NCBI GenBank assembly: GCA_021323915.1
Contig: JAJPKB010000642.1
Location: forward strand, 381-64,380
Origin: Chloroflexota bacterium
GTDB taxonomy: Bacteria > Chloroflexota > UBA6077 > FW602-bin22 > CADDYW01
Length of the DNA stretch: 64,000 nucleotides
Reading direction: 5' to 3'
This document shows positions 10,239-20,316 of the stretch, piece after piece. The stretch's first letter is position 1, and each line of letters begins with the position of its first letter. The notes beneath the pieces are model-generated. The model had not been told where the DNA came from, searched no databases, and was given only the letters and a program-made list of their open reading frames with translations. The position numbers and the translations under genes were made by a program.

Positions 10239-10705
10239 GGCGAGAGCCTCCTCCTGGCGACAAATGAAGGTGATTGTCCGGTCGAAATCAGTAGCGCGCC
10301 CGGTACTTTGAACAGCCCGAGCTGACCTCGGAAAGGGGTCGGCTCCAACCGCTGGGGATCTCTGAAGAACCAGCCGATCAAACCTGGCCGGAAGTCGCGG
10401 TAGTTCAGATGCGCGGGCGCGAGGCTTTGCCACGTGTCACGTGTGAAGGTGACACAATCGACCAATTCCACGGATCCCAGCAACGCGCCGGTCGCCAGGG
10501 AGTCAGGACGAATCCCAAAGTGGACGCAGGCATCCCAGTCGATCGACCGCGAAGCGTGCAGCAGCAACGGACCTCTATACCGGCTGCGCCAAGTTCGAAC
10601 CTCGATCGTCTTCTGCCCGTTCAGGATCAGTTCGAGCCAGGGTTGACGCAGACTCAAGCAGGTCATGATGTCAGATGAGGAATGAGCGCCCTCCGCGCTT
10701 TCCAT
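10232..10705 (-). CDS. ASCH-domain protein
   Basis: LSLRQPWLELILNGQKTIEVRTW is a typical ASCH N-terminal strand. Start is uncertain: 10705 (with GAGG upstream) or 10666. Confidence 0.7.
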   Translation of the reverse strand: MESAEGAHSSSDIMTCLSLRQPWLELILNGQKTIEVRTWRSRYRGPLLLHASRSIDWDACVHFGIRPDSLATGALLGSVELVDCVTFTRDTWQSLAPAHLNYRDFRPGLIGWFFRDPQRLEPTPFRGQLGLFKVPGALLISTGQSPSFVARRRLSPC

Positions 10706-10806
10706 TTGCGCCTCGATGGGCGATCCGCAGATCCTCGGACTCATCGATATTCGGGGCGATCGATGCCCCCTTGCGCCAGCGGCCAGATTAACAGCTTACG
10801 GGCTCC

Positions 10807-11058
10807 CTATCGCGTGCGGAGCACACCCTCGATTGAGATGTCTTCGTCGAGATCTTCCCAATGAATGCCGATGCCGTTGCCGATCAGTCGCCAGTTACCT
10901 CGCTGCTCTGATGTAGCGTCGCGAAGTGACGGGAACCAAGCGAGCGGAGTTCCAATCTCGCGCCCATCGGCAAGGCAAATGTAGAGCATGGCGTCATCGA
11001 ACCAAACCGAGACGGCGTTTGCTGCGATGACGGGTCCAGGCGCGTTCGAAATACTCAC
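10807..11058 (-). CDS. DUF2442-family small protein
   Basis: 83 aa. WFDDAMLYICLADGREIGTPLAWFPSLRDATSEQRGNWRLIGNGIGIHWEDLDEDISIEGVL matches the DUF2442 pattern. GTG start with AGAGGA RBS. Confidence 0.7.
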   Translation of the reverse strand: MSISNAPGPVIAANAVSVWFDDAMLYICLADGREIGTPLAWFPSLRDATSEQRGNWRLIGNGIGIHWEDLDEDISIEGVLRTR

Positions 11059-11133
11059 GACATCCTCTCAAGTCACGCGCGCGGTGCTCGTTCACCAGAT
11101 CCCCAAGCTCTCGGAGCTCGACTTTATTGTAGC

Positions 11134-12255
11134 CTACTGGTCCGCCACCGAGCCGTCCTCGTGGAGCGGCGTGGTCAGCTCGCGGCGGGCGAAGGGGACG
11201 CGCTCGATGACGTCGAAGTTGAGCTTGATCCCCAGGCCGGGTGTCTCGGGGATCCGGAGGTAGCCGTTTTCGAGCTTCAGGGGCTCAACGACGAGGTCGC
11301 GCTTGGGCGGGGTGTCCTCACCGGTGTACTCCTGGAGTGCGAAGTTCGGGATGCAGGCGTCGAGCTGCACGCAGGCGGCGGTCGAGATGGGCGAGAGCGG
11401 GTTGTGCGGGATGACGCCGACGTAGTACGCCTCGGCCAGGGCCGCGACTTTCTTGCAGTGCGAGATTCCCCCGCAGACGCAGACGTCTGGGCGAACGAAG
11501 CGGCAGCCACCCGCCTCGAGAAGCTCGCGGAACTGGACGAGGTTGGTGAAGCGCTCGCCGGTGGCGATCGGAATCTCGATCGCTTTCTGGACTTCGGCCA
11601 TCGATTGGACCGAGTCCGGCAGGATCGGGTCTTCGAGGAAGAAGGGGCGGAACTGGGCGAGCTCGCGACTCAGGCCGATCGCCTCCATCGGCGACATTCG
11701 CCGGTGAATCTCCACGCAGAGGTCGACGTCCGGCCCGACCGCTTCGCGGACTGCGCCGACCCGGGTGACCGCCTCGCGCAGCAAGCCACCGTAGCGCATC
11801 GTCGGGAAATCCTCGCGGAACGGGGTGAAGCGCACCGCGGTGAAGCCACGCTCGACCACCCGCTGGGCGTCGGCGGCGAGCGCCTCGACCGAGGAGCCGT
11901 GGACGTGAATGTAGCAGCGGACCTTGTTTCGGACCTTGCCGCCGAGCAGGTCGTAGATCGGAGCGCCGTAATGCTGGCCGGCAATGTCCCAGAGGGCGAT
12001 GTCGACCGCGCCGAGCGCGCCGCCGACGGCCGAGCCCATGAAGTGGGAGTTGCGGTAGAGGTACTGCCAGTGGTGCTCGATCTGGAGGGGATTCTTGCCG
12101 AGGAGATAGGACTTCCAGACGTCGACGATCCGCTCCGACGCTTCCGGATAGCCCCAGATCCCGGACTCGCCCACGCCGACGATCCCGGTGTCGGTCGTGA
12201 TCCGGACGAAATGCCACCGCCCGGCCAGCAGGTTCTCGATCTTGTCGATTTTCAC
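11134..12255 (-). CDS. Enolase-superfamily acid-sugar dehydratase (galactonate/mannonate dehydratase-like)
   Basis: MKIDKIENLLAGRWHFVRITTDTGIVGVGESG and ALWDIAG resemble the DgoD/ManD subgroup. It lies next to a sugar ABC operon. Confidence 0.85.
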   Translation of the reverse strand: MKIDKIENLLAGRWHFVRITTDTGIVGVGESGIWGYPEASERIVDVWKSYLLGKNPLQIEHHWQYLYRNSHFMGSAVGGALGAVDIALWDIAGQHYGAPIYDLLGGKVRNKVRCYIHVHGSSVEALAADAQRVVERGFTAVRFTPFREDFPTMRYGGLLREAVTRVGAVREAVGPDVDLCVEIHRRMSPMEAIGLSRELAQFRPFFLEDPILPDSVQSMAEVQKAIEIPIATGERFTNLVQFRELLEAGGCRFVRPDVCVCGGISHCKKVAALAEAYYVGVIPHNPLSPISTAACVQLDACIPNFALQEYTGEDTPPKRDLVVEPLKLENGYLRIPETPGLGIKLNFDVIERVPFARRELTTPLHEDGSVADQ

Positions 12256-12266
12256 GCGATTCCTCC

Positions 12267-13145
12267 TTATCGACCGGTAATCCCGGTGAGCGCGATGCCA
12301 CGGACGAAATAGCGCTGGAGCAGCAGGAAGACGATCAGGATCGGGATGATGTTCAGGACCGAGCCGGCCATCATGTAATTGAACTGGGTCGCGTATTCAT
12401 CCTGGAAGTAGCTCAGGCCAACGGTCAGGGTGCGGAAGTTATCGCTGTTGGTGACGATCAGTGGCCAGAGGAAGCTGTTCCACTGGGCGGTGAAGGAGAA
12501 GATCGCCAGCGTTGCCAGGGCCGGCCCGGAGAGCGGCAGGATGATGTGCCGATAGATGCCCAGGTAACCACAGCCATCGATCCGGGCGGCGTGCTCGAGC
12601 TCGACCGGAATCGTTAGGAAGAACTGGCGCAGGAGGAACGTCCCAAAGGCGGTGAACGCCGCCGGGATGATCAGCGCGGTGTAGGTGTTGACCCAGCCGA
12701 AAAGGCTTACCAGGAGGAAATTCGGAATGATCGTGACCTGACCCGGCACCATCAGCGTGCCGAGGTAGAGCAGAAAGAGGCGATCGCGGCCGGGGAACTG
12801 CAGGCGCGCGAAGCTGTAAGCGGCGAGTGAGCTGGTGAGCACCTCGAGCGTCGTCACGGTGATCGAGACGACCGTCGTATTCACCAGATAGCGTCCGAAC
12901 GGCAGCAAGACCAGGACTTTGAGATAGTTCCTCCATTCGACGTCCGGGGGGATCCAGGCGGGCGGAAAGGCCAGGACGTCGCTATCCGCCTTGACCGAGC
13001 TCGAGATCATCCAGAGAAACGGGACGATCATCACCAGCGTGCCAATCCCGAGCGCGAGGTAGGCAAGAACGTGCAAGAGAAGCTGGGAACGCCTCGCCCG
13101 GGGCGTCGCGACCACGCGCACCGACTGCGCCACGGACTTATCCAT
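12267..13145 (-). CDS. Carbohydrate ABC transporter permease (MalG-like)
   Basis: Six TM segments and EAA loop ELEHAARIDGCGYLGIYRHIILPL. Confidence 0.85.
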   Translation of the reverse strand: MDKSVAQSVRVVATPRARRSQLLLHVLAYLALGIGTLVMIVPFLWMISSSVKADSDVLAFPPAWIPPDVEWRNYLKVLVLLPFGRYLVNTTVVSITVTTLEVLTSSLAAYSFARLQFPGRDRLFLLYLGTLMVPGQVTIIPNFLLVSLFGWVNTYTALIIPAAFTAFGTFLLRQFFLTIPVELEHAARIDGCGYLGIYRHIILPLSGPALATLAIFSFTAQWNSFLWPLIVTNSDNFRTLTVGLSYFQDEYATQFNYMMAGSVLNIIPILIVFLLLQRYFVRGIALTGITGR

Positions 13146-13151
13146 CGGGCC

Positions 13152-14078
13152 TCACTCGTACTGCACCCAGTTCTTCTGGCCCCGCCACTGGATCAGAGTA
13201 ATCGCCATGATGATCAGGAAGAGCACCCAGGCGACGGCGGCGGCGTAGCCCATCTGGAAGAACTGGAAAGCCTGGTTGTAGATGTACATGACGACGGTGT
13301 TCGTCGCATCACCCGGACCGCCTCGGGTCAGAATGAAGGCGAGGTCGAACACCTGGAAGGAGTTGATAATCGAGATCACCAGGATGAAAAAGGTCGTCGG
13401 GGTGAGCAACGGAACGGTAATGAACCAGAACTTGCTCCAGCGATTCGCCCCGTCGATCGCCGCGGCTTCGTAAAGCGTCGTCGGGATGCCTTGCAGGCCG
13501 GCCAGGTAGATGATCATGTCGTAGCCAAGGTGCTTCCAGATCGCCATGATAATAACGGCCGGCATCGCCCAGCCGGTGCTCGTGAGCCAGGGGACCGCGT
13601 GGATTCCGAGGAAGGAGAGACCGTAGTTGATCAGCCCGTAATCGGTGTTGTACAGCCACTGCCACATCACCGCGACCGCCACCGACGACGAGATCACCGG
13701 AATGAAGAACAAGGCGCGGAAAAAGGCGATCCCCCGGATGTTGGCGTTCATCGCCAGGGCGAGGAGAAGGCTGAGGATAACGCCAGCCGGCACCGTGCCG
13801 ACGACGTAGTAGGTCGTGTTGCGCAGGACCGTCCAGAAGGTCGGGTCGGCGAAGAGCATCTGCCGGTAGTTCTGGAGGCCGACGAAGGTTGGTGCGCGGA
13901 TCAGGTCCCAGTGGAGGGTCGAGATCGCCAGCGTCGCCAGCACCGGGAGCGACGAGAAGATCAGAAAGCCGACGATATTCGGCAAAAGGAACAGATAACC
14001 GGCGACCGTCTCACGCCGCCGCAAGGTCTGGCGGCGGCCGGAGGTCGCGATCGGCCGAGTGTTCTCCCTGACGCTCAC
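13152..14078 (-). CDS. Carbohydrate ABC transporter permease (MalF/UgpA-like)
   Basis: EAA loop YEAAAIDGANRWSKFWFITVPLL. Start set at the GTG at 14078 (AAGGAGG 6 nt upstream); the ORF extension to 14201 looks non-coding. Confidence 0.85.
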   Translation of the reverse strand: MSVRENTRPIATSGRRQTLRRRETVAGYLFLLPNIVGFLIFSSLPVLATLAISTLHWDLIRAPTFVGLQNYRQMLFADPTFWTVLRNTTYYVVGTVPAGVILSLLLALAMNANIRGIAFFRALFFIPVISSSVAVAVMWQWLYNTDYGLINYGLSFLGIHAVPWLTSTGWAMPAVIIMAIWKHLGYDMIIYLAGLQGIPTTLYEAAAIDGANRWSKFWFITVPLLTPTTFFILVISIINSFQVFDLAFILTRGGPGDATNTVVMYIYNQAFQFFQMGYAAAVAWVLFLIIMAITLIQWRGQKNWVQYE

Positions 14079-14268
14079 GTGCTGCCTCCTTGGTAGGGGC
14101 AGGCCCCCGTGCCTGCCCTCTCCATCATTCCGCGAACCGTGCACGCTCCGAAGGAGCCACCCTGTCCCTGCCCGACCACCCCGCCTCCCCAGGGCGGCCA
14201 CGGGGGGCCGCCCCTACGGACGGACGTCCGCTGCTATATACCCACGCTACGTCCGCTCGGGATATTCC

Positions 14269-15705
14269 CTACAGCGGCTGCTTCAAAATCTCGTTAATCT
14301 GGCTGGTCATCGTGTCGGTGATTTCTTTGACGCTCTTTTCGCCGGTGTAGGCGAGTTTCAATAGCTTGTCGAAGGCGTCGTTGACCTGGCCGGTCTGGGC
14401 GGGTGCGTGGTAGGCCCGGGTGCGCTCCAATCCGTTGATGTAGGTATTGAGGTCTTCCCAGGGCAGGAGGTTCTGTTTCATCGCATCGCTCTGGGCGTAG
14501 GAGCGGCGCGCGGTGAAGCTGCGCCGACTGACCAGGACGATCTTCTGCCCATCGTCGGAGGTCCACATCTTCGCGAAGTTCCAGGCGTTGTCCCGGTTCG
14601 GCGCCTCCTGGAGGATGCTTGCCGCCAGGTCGTCGCCGCGCGTCGTGTTCGCCTTGGGACCATCCGGCGAGACGACCATCGCCACCTCGAACTTCGACTT
14701 AGCGAGGTTGGGCAGCTCATAGCGTCCGGCCATCATAATTCCCACCCGGCCGGCGGCGAACAGATCCGTACCGGATTGGATGTCGAGCGGGCTTGGCGAG
14801 ATCTTGCGGCTGACGACGTTATCGACCAGCCACTGGATCGCCCCGACGTCGGCGGGCTGATTGAAGTAGGACTGAGTGACATTCGCGTCCCAGAGGTCGC
14901 CGCCGTTCTGCCAGATGTACATGTCGACGGCGTAGACATCGACGATCTGGCCAAAGCCGAACTGCTTGGTTGGTCCGCTTCCTTTGGTCAGCTTGGTCGC
15001 GACGGAAAGGAGCGAGTCCCAGTTCCAGCCGCCCTGCTTGACCGTCTCGGAGAGCATCGGCAGGCCGGCCGCCTTGAACATGTCGACGTTGTAATAGTGG
15101 CAGTTCGAGCTGGACGAGTTCGGCAGGCCATAGAGCTTACCCTGCCGGCCGTAGGTCTCGATTGCGCTCGGCCAGAAGTCCTTCTGATCGATCTTGTCAG
15201 CGGCCATCAGCGGGGTGATGTCGAGAACCACGCCACGGTCGATAAAGGGCGGCGCGGTGCGCTGGCGATTCCAGAACAGGTCGGGCAGATCATGCGCCGC
15301 CAGCATCGCCAGCAGCTTGCGAACGATCTCGGCGTCGTTGGGAACGCGGATCTTCTCGACCTGGACGTTGGGATAGAGCTTATTGTAAAGCGCGACCAGA
15401 TCGAGGTGGACCTGCTCGTCGACGCCGGGCGTCGCGTTGTAAAGGTAACGGAGCTTGTTGGTCGCGCCCTGCGACGCGGGCTTCGCGGCCGGCGCGGCTT
15501 GACTCGTCGCCACCGGACTTGCCGCCGGGGCGGCCTGGCTCGCCGCGGTTGGATTGCTCGCCGGGGCAGTTGGCGCGCTCGCCGCGGTCGGCGCCGTGGC
15601 GGGAGGTGCCTGGCTACTACAGGCGGCAACGAGCGGGGCGGCGGCAAGCGCGCCAATGCCACCCAGGTACCGGAGAAGTGTCCGACGACCAATTCGTGGA
15701 TCCAT
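14269..15705 (-). CDS. Extracellular solute-binding protein, family 1 (sugar ABC)
   Basis: Tat/lipoprotein leader MDPRIGRRTLLRYLGGIGALAAAPLVAACSS, then an Ala/Pro-rich linker and an SBP_bac_1-like body. The upstream part of the 568-aa ORF was discarded. Confidence 0.85.
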   Translation of the reverse strand: MDPRIGRRTLLRYLGGIGALAAAPLVAACSSQAPPATAPTAASAPTAPASNPTAASQAAPAASPVATSQAAPAAKPASQGATNKLRYLYNATPGVDEQVHLDLVALYNKLYPNVQVEKIRVPNDAEIVRKLLAMLAAHDLPDLFWNRQRTAPPFIDRGVVLDITPLMAADKIDQKDFWPSAIETYGRQGKLYGLPNSSSSNCHYYNVDMFKAAGLPMLSETVKQGGWNWDSLLSVATKLTKGSGPTKQFGFGQIVDVYAVDMYIWQNGGDLWDANVTQSYFNQPADVGAIQWLVDNVVSRKISPSPLDIQSGTDLFAAGRVGIMMAGRYELPNLAKSKFEVAMVVSPDGPKANTTRGDDLAASILQEAPNRDNAWNFAKMWTSDDGQKIVLVSRRSFTARRSYAQSDAMKQNLLPWEDLNTYINGLERTRAYHAPAQTGQVNDAFDKLLKLAYTGEKSVKEITDTMTSQINEILKQPL

Positions 15706-16163
15706 GTTCACTGCCCTCATTCCAATAATGCCACTTGGCAAGCGGGGGAGCAGGTACACGACGCCGATTGGACGCGTCACGTGCAGACGCGGCCCCCACG
15801 CTCGCCAATCGGGACGCACATGGCTGTGGACGCGCGACACCCAAACGGGCCAGACAGCCTGGTGACTGCCCGAGCCCGGCCCATGACGCCAGTCGCACGT
15901 CGTGGACAATGAGAGGTTACTTACGAAGAGATAGACCAGCGACTGACGAGAATATGCTAGCCGGGACGTTAGCACTTGTCAACAATCCGAGGCCGTTTGC
16001 GCCGGATCGAGGAAGCCGTGGGGGCACGCTTCCACGACATGCCAGGCGCTACCGAATCCGAGAGCATAGCGTAAATCAACTGGCTGGGCCAAAGCTCGGC
16101 AAGGAGTTTGCATCGTCTGTTAAGATAGCTCTCATCACGCTCAAGACAGCAAGGATTACCAGG

Positions 16164-17093
16164 ATGCTTCGTCCCCACGGCTCTCTGACACGTCGTCGAT
16201 TACTCCTGTCCACAGCCGGAGTCTTCGCGTTGACCAGCGGACTCGCGACTCCGACCTTCGCAGCACCCCAGGCCGCGACTCGCGCAGCTCCGGCTGCCAC
16301 TCCTTCTGCTGAGCCGGCTGAATCACTCGGCTCGATTCTCACTCCGTACCGCCTGGTCACCTATTACGGCAACCCTTACACGGCGGCGATGGGGATCCTC
16401 GGGGCGCTGAGCAAGTCGCAGCTCGTCGCCGCGCTCCAGAATCGGGCGAAGCAGTACGCCCAAATTGGCAACAAGCCGGCCCGCCCAACGATTCATATGG
16501 TCGTCACCACCGCCCAGGGAAGTCCGGGTGGCGATGGGCTTTACCGGGCGCGCATGCCCGCTTCGTTGATCCAAGAGTATGTCGACCTGGCCGCCGCCAA
16601 CAATATGCTCTTCATTGCCGACGTTCAGGTCGGCTTGAGCACGGTGCAAGACGAGGTCAGCGCGATCCGTTCGTTTCTCCAGCAGCCCCACGTCCACCTG
16701 GCATTGGACCCGGAGTTCGACATGTGGGGTAACCAGGTGCCGGGCGTCGAGCTTGGCCACATGACCGCGGCCGAGATCAACTGGGCGCTCGGCTTCATGG
16801 GACAGATCGCTCGCTCAACCGGCCAGCGGAAGATTCTGATCGTCCATCAGTTCGCGGCAAGCATGCTCCCGGACAAGGCGAATATCGAGAGCGATCCAAA
16901 CGTCGACTTAGCGATCGTCATGGATGGCTGGGGTGGACAATCGATCAAGATCAGCCATTACACCATGTACGTCGCGAATTCGGCGATTCCCTACGGGGGG
17001 ATCAAGCTTTTCTTCGACTGGGACACCAACCTGATGACCCCGTCCGAAGTCCTGGCGCTCAAGCCATCGCCGGACATTGTGATTTACCAGTGA
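16164..17093 (+). CDS. Secreted protein of unknown function (Tat signal)
   Basis: MLRPHGSLTRRRLLLSTAGVFALTSGLATPTFAAP leader. The ATG at 16164 has AAGGA upstream. No family was recognised from the sequence. Confidence 0.6.
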   Translation: MLRPHGSLTRRRLLLSTAGVFALTSGLATPTFAAPQAATRAAPAATPSAEPAESLGSILTPYRLVTYYGNPYTAAMGILGALSKSQLVAALQNRAKQYAQIGNKPARPTIHMVVTTAQGSPGGDGLYRARMPASLIQEYVDLAAANNMLFIADVQVGLSTVQDEVSAIRSFLQQPHVHLALDPEFDMWGNQVPGVELGHMTAAEINWALGFMGQIARSTGQRKILIVHQFAASMLPDKANIESDPNVDLAIVMDGWGGQSIKISHYTMYVANSAIPYGGIKLFFDWDTNLMTPSEVLALKPSPDIVIYQ

Positions 17094-17095
17094 CT

Positions 17096-18565
17096 CTAAA
17101 ACTTCGGCGCGTTCTTCAGGTTATCAAGGTGTTTTTTGACTAATGGATCGGTCGCTTCCTTGAGCTTGGGGGCCAGATCCTTAGCGCTGATCTTGTTGAG
17201 CCAGAGTAGGTCGAGCTGCTTGTTCACCGCGTCGACCCATTCGTTCCAGGTCGTCGCCTTGGGAAACGGCACGATGTACTTCGGACCGTCGGTAACGACT
17301 TTCTTCGAGGCCGGCGGCAGCTTCGGATCCAGCCAAACGTCACTCTGGACCGTGGATAGGCGCGCCGGGGCGAAGCCCTGGGCAGCGAGCAGGAGCGACG
17401 TTTGCTTGCTCTCCATCGCCGAGAAGAGCTTCCAGGTCGCGTCCGGCTGTTTGGTCAAGCGATAGATCATCCAGCCACTGCCGCCACCGAAGACGCGCCG
17501 GTCGCCTTGCAGCGATGGCCCACGTGGCATGGCGATCACGTTCCAGGTAAACGCCTTGATCTGGCGGTAGGTCGTCGTGCCGGTCGCGGTCGACGAGATC
17601 GTCATCCCGGCTTTGCCCGTGAGAAAGGCCTGGGAAGGGTTCAGCTCGGTTTGCTGGTCTTTGGTCTCGGCCGCCTGGTCTTTGAACATGAGATCCTGGA
17701 GGAACTGAAACGCTTCGATCGCCTCGGGCTTGTCGACCATCGAGTCGGTGGTGTCAGCATTCCAGAGCCAGCCACCGTTGGCCAATGGCCAGGTCATCCA
17801 GTCAAGTACGTTGACGAAGCCAAACTGGCTGATCTTGCCGCCTTGCTTCTGAGTGAGGGAGATGGCCGTTTTCCGGAAGTCGTCGAACGTCCAGCCCTCG
17901 GGGCTCCAGTCAGCGAGCGGCAGGGCGAGGCTCGCCTTTTTCCAGAGATCCCCATTATAGAAGACCATGCGGTTGCCAACGTCGGACGACAGGCCAAGCT
18001 GTTTGCCGTTCCACTGGTACTGGCTAAAGGCCACCGGATAGAAATCGTCCTTGTCGAACTTATCGCGGGCCATATAATCGTCGAGGGGGAGCATGAAGCC
18101 ACGATAGGCGTACTGGGCGAAGTCGGTACCGGCCAGGCGATACATGTCGGGCGGATCGCCGCCCGCGGCCATCGTTTCGAGCTTTGCGTTGTAGTTCTGA
18201 GTAACGTTTGACCAGTTGACGTGGATGTTCGGGTTCGCCTGCTGGAAGGCTTGAACCGCCTTCTCCACCGCTTGAGCCGGCGCGAGGTCGTGATTGCCCA
18301 TGAAGGTGATCGTGACCGGCTGGCCAGAAGCCGCGGCGGTGGGCACCGCCGTTGGGTTGACCGAAAGGGCAGTGGGCTGGGCCGCGGCAGTGGTCGGATT
18401 GGCGACGCTGGCCGGTGCCGCGGTCGGCTGGGACGGTGCACCACTCGCCGCGGGGGCGGTTACTGGCGCCTGCGCGCTACTACACGCGGCGATCGTCGGC
18501 ACGACCATCAGGACTGTTCCCAGCGAAAGCAGCAGGTGCCGTCGGGAAGCTCGGGCTGACACCAT
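17096..18565 (-). CDS. Extracellular solute-binding protein, family 1 (orphan, no adjacent permeases)
   Basis: Leader MVSARASRRHLLLSLGTVLMVVPTIAACSS. GGAGAGGA RBS before the ATG at 18565. Confidence 0.85.
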   Translation of the reverse strand: MVSARASRRHLLLSLGTVLMVVPTIAACSSAQAPVTAPAASGAPSQPTAAPASVANPTTAAAQPTALSVNPTAVPTAAASGQPVTITFMGNHDLAPAQAVEKAVQAFQQANPNIHVNWSNVTQNYNAKLETMAAGGDPPDMYRLAGTDFAQYAYRGFMLPLDDYMARDKFDKDDFYPVAFSQYQWNGKQLGLSSDVGNRMVFYNGDLWKKASLALPLADWSPEGWTFDDFRKTAISLTQKQGGKISQFGFVNVLDWMTWPLANGGWLWNADTTDSMVDKPEAIEAFQFLQDLMFKDQAAETKDQQTELNPSQAFLTGKAGMTISSTATGTTTYRQIKAFTWNVIAMPRGPSLQGDRRVFGGGSGWMIYRLTKQPDATWKLFSAMESKQTSLLLAAQGFAPARLSTVQSDVWLDPKLPPASKKVVTDGPKYIVPFPKATTWNEWVDAVNKQLDLLWLNKISAKDLAPKLKEATDPLVKKHLDNLKNAPKF

Positions 18566-18817
18566 GAGATCCTCTCCGGCTGCCGGTGCTTGTTCAAACG
18601 ACCCTTTTTCCCAATCTCTTTTTCTTTCCAATCCCCCGGTCCGGATTCCGGTCAACAGCAGGGGATATCGCCGGCAGCTTATGGCATTATATCGCCTCGG
18701 ATAGGAGCTGACTATACTGCCTCCGACAACGACGGACGGCCGGCGCACCGTCTTGACTTTGCTGGCACGGAACGTCAATGATAACGGTCGTCAGATCAGG
18801 AGAAAGGATGGGATACG

Positions 18818-20299
18818 ATGGCGCGAATCAAGGTTGATCTGGACCGTACGCTTGGCGAGGTCGACCGGCGCATCTTCGGGGGATTCATCGAGCACCTGGG
18901 GCGTTGCATTTACGGCGGGATCTACGAAGAGGGCTCACCACTCAGCGACGAGCGTGGTTTTCGCCGCGACGTCTTGGAAGCCCTCAAGCCCTTGCGCATG
19001 CCGGTGCTGCGCTGGCCGGGCGGCAACTTTGTCAGCAATTACCATTGGCAGGACGGCATCGGCCCGAAGGAGAAACGACCGCGTCGGATCGAGCTCGCCT
19101 GGCATTCCGAGGAGTCGAACCGCTTTGGCACCGACGAGTACATTCAGTACTGTCGGACGCTGGGCGTCGAGCCCTACATCTGCGTGAACATGGGCTCGGG
19201 CACCATGGACGAAGCCCAGGCCTGGGTCGAGTACTGCAATGGGACCGGCAATACCTACTGGGCCAATCTGCGCCGCGCGAACGGCCATTCCGAACCGTAC
19301 AACGTCAAGTACTGGGGTTTGGGCAACGAGATGTACGGCGCCTGGCAGATCGGCGCTTTATCCGCCGAGGATTACGTCAAGAAGGCGATCGAGTTCGCCA
19401 AGGTCATGAAGCTGACCGACCCGAGCATTCAGCTCGTGAGCTGTGGCCAGAACGGTTGGAATGATTGGGACCGGATCGTCCTCGAAGGGCTCGCGCGTTA
19501 CGTCGATTTTCACAGCATCCATCTTTACACGGGTAGTCCGGACTACTACCGCAACGTCTTCGAGCCCCACCTGGCCGACAAAGCGCTTCGGATCTGCCAG
19601 GCGTTGATCGAGCAGGTCCGCTACAACCAGCGCATCGCGCATCCGGTGTACGTTGCCTACGACGAGTGGAACGTCTGGTACCGCCAGCGCGGTCGCACCT
19701 CCGGCCTCGAAGAGCGCTACGACCTGTCCGACGCCCTTGCCGTCGCGACCTACCTCAACGTCTTCGTGCGTCATTGTCAGATCGTACGCATCGCAAACCT
19801 CGCTCAGATGGTGAACGTGATCGCGCCGATCTTCACCTCTCAAGAGGGGCTTTTTCTCCAGACGATCTACCACCCGCTGCGGCTCTACGCCGAGCACGTC
19901 CAGGAGATCGCGCTCGATGTCCACGTCGACTGCGAACGCTTCGAGCTGCCGCCGACCGACGACCCCACCCCGCGGGCTCAGCGGCTACAGGGCTTCGGTC
20001 CGTTCGATCTGCTCGACGTCTCGGCGACTCGCGACGCGGACGGCCAGACCCTGACCCTGGCGGTGGTCAACCGCGACCGGGCCCAGGCGATCCAAACGAC
20101 GGTCCAGCTCACCGACGCGCATGTGACCCATGGCATCGCCTACGTCGTCGACGGCCCGTCCCCCAACGCGGTGAACTCGTTCGAGCAACCGAAGCAGGTC
20201 GACGTTCATAGCCAATCCCTCGAGGTCAGCGGCTCGAGCGTCGTGCACACGTTCCCTGCTCACTCGGTGACGGTGCTGCGGCTGGAGCTCGGAGCTTGA
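18818..20299 (+). CDS. abfA: Alpha-L-arabinofuranosidase, glycoside hydrolase family 51
   Basis: FGGFIEHLGRCIYGGIY, WPGGNFVSNYHW and YWGLGNEMYG (GNE acid/base Glu) are GH51 hallmarks. 493 aa. Confidence 0.9.
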   Translation: MARIKVDLDRTLGEVDRRIFGGFIEHLGRCIYGGIYEEGSPLSDERGFRRDVLEALKPLRMPVLRWPGGNFVSNYHWQDGIGPKEKRPRRIELAWHSEESNRFGTDEYIQYCRTLGVEPYICVNMGSGTMDEAQAWVEYCNGTGNTYWANLRRANGHSEPYNVKYWGLGNEMYGAWQIGALSAEDYVKKAIEFAKVMKLTDPSIQLVSCGQNGWNDWDRIVLEGLARYVDFHSIHLYTGSPDYYRNVFEPHLADKALRICQALIEQVRYNQRIAHPVYVAYDEWNVWYRQRGRTSGLEERYDLSDALAVATYLNVFVRHCQIVRIANLAQMVNVIAPIFTSQEGLFLQTIYHPLRLYAEHVQEIALDVHVDCERFELPPTDDPTPRAQRLQGFGPFDLLDVSATRDADGQTLTLAVVNRDRAQAIQTTVQLTDAHVTHGIAYVVDGPSPNAVNSFEQPKQVDVHSQSLEVSGSSVVHTFPAHSVTVLRLELGA

Positions 20300-20316
20300 T
20301 GCCCAAGCTCATAGGA

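Noticed and set aside
11040-11133. Possible DUF4160 partner remnant upstream of the DUF2442 gene (..ELRELGDLVNEHRARDL..EYFERAW).
   Set aside because: Only ~30 residues of vague similarity are present, there is no start codon, and it overlaps the DUF2442 start. That is insufficient to call.
14079-14201. N-terminal extensions of several transporter ORFs in the track (14079-14201, 15706-15975, 15735-16163, 18566-18778, 51311-51448, 10239-10433).
   Set aside because: The extensions are compositionally non-coding and lack SD sites. Internal starts have strong SD sites and immediately give Tat/lipoprotein leaders or conserved N-termini.
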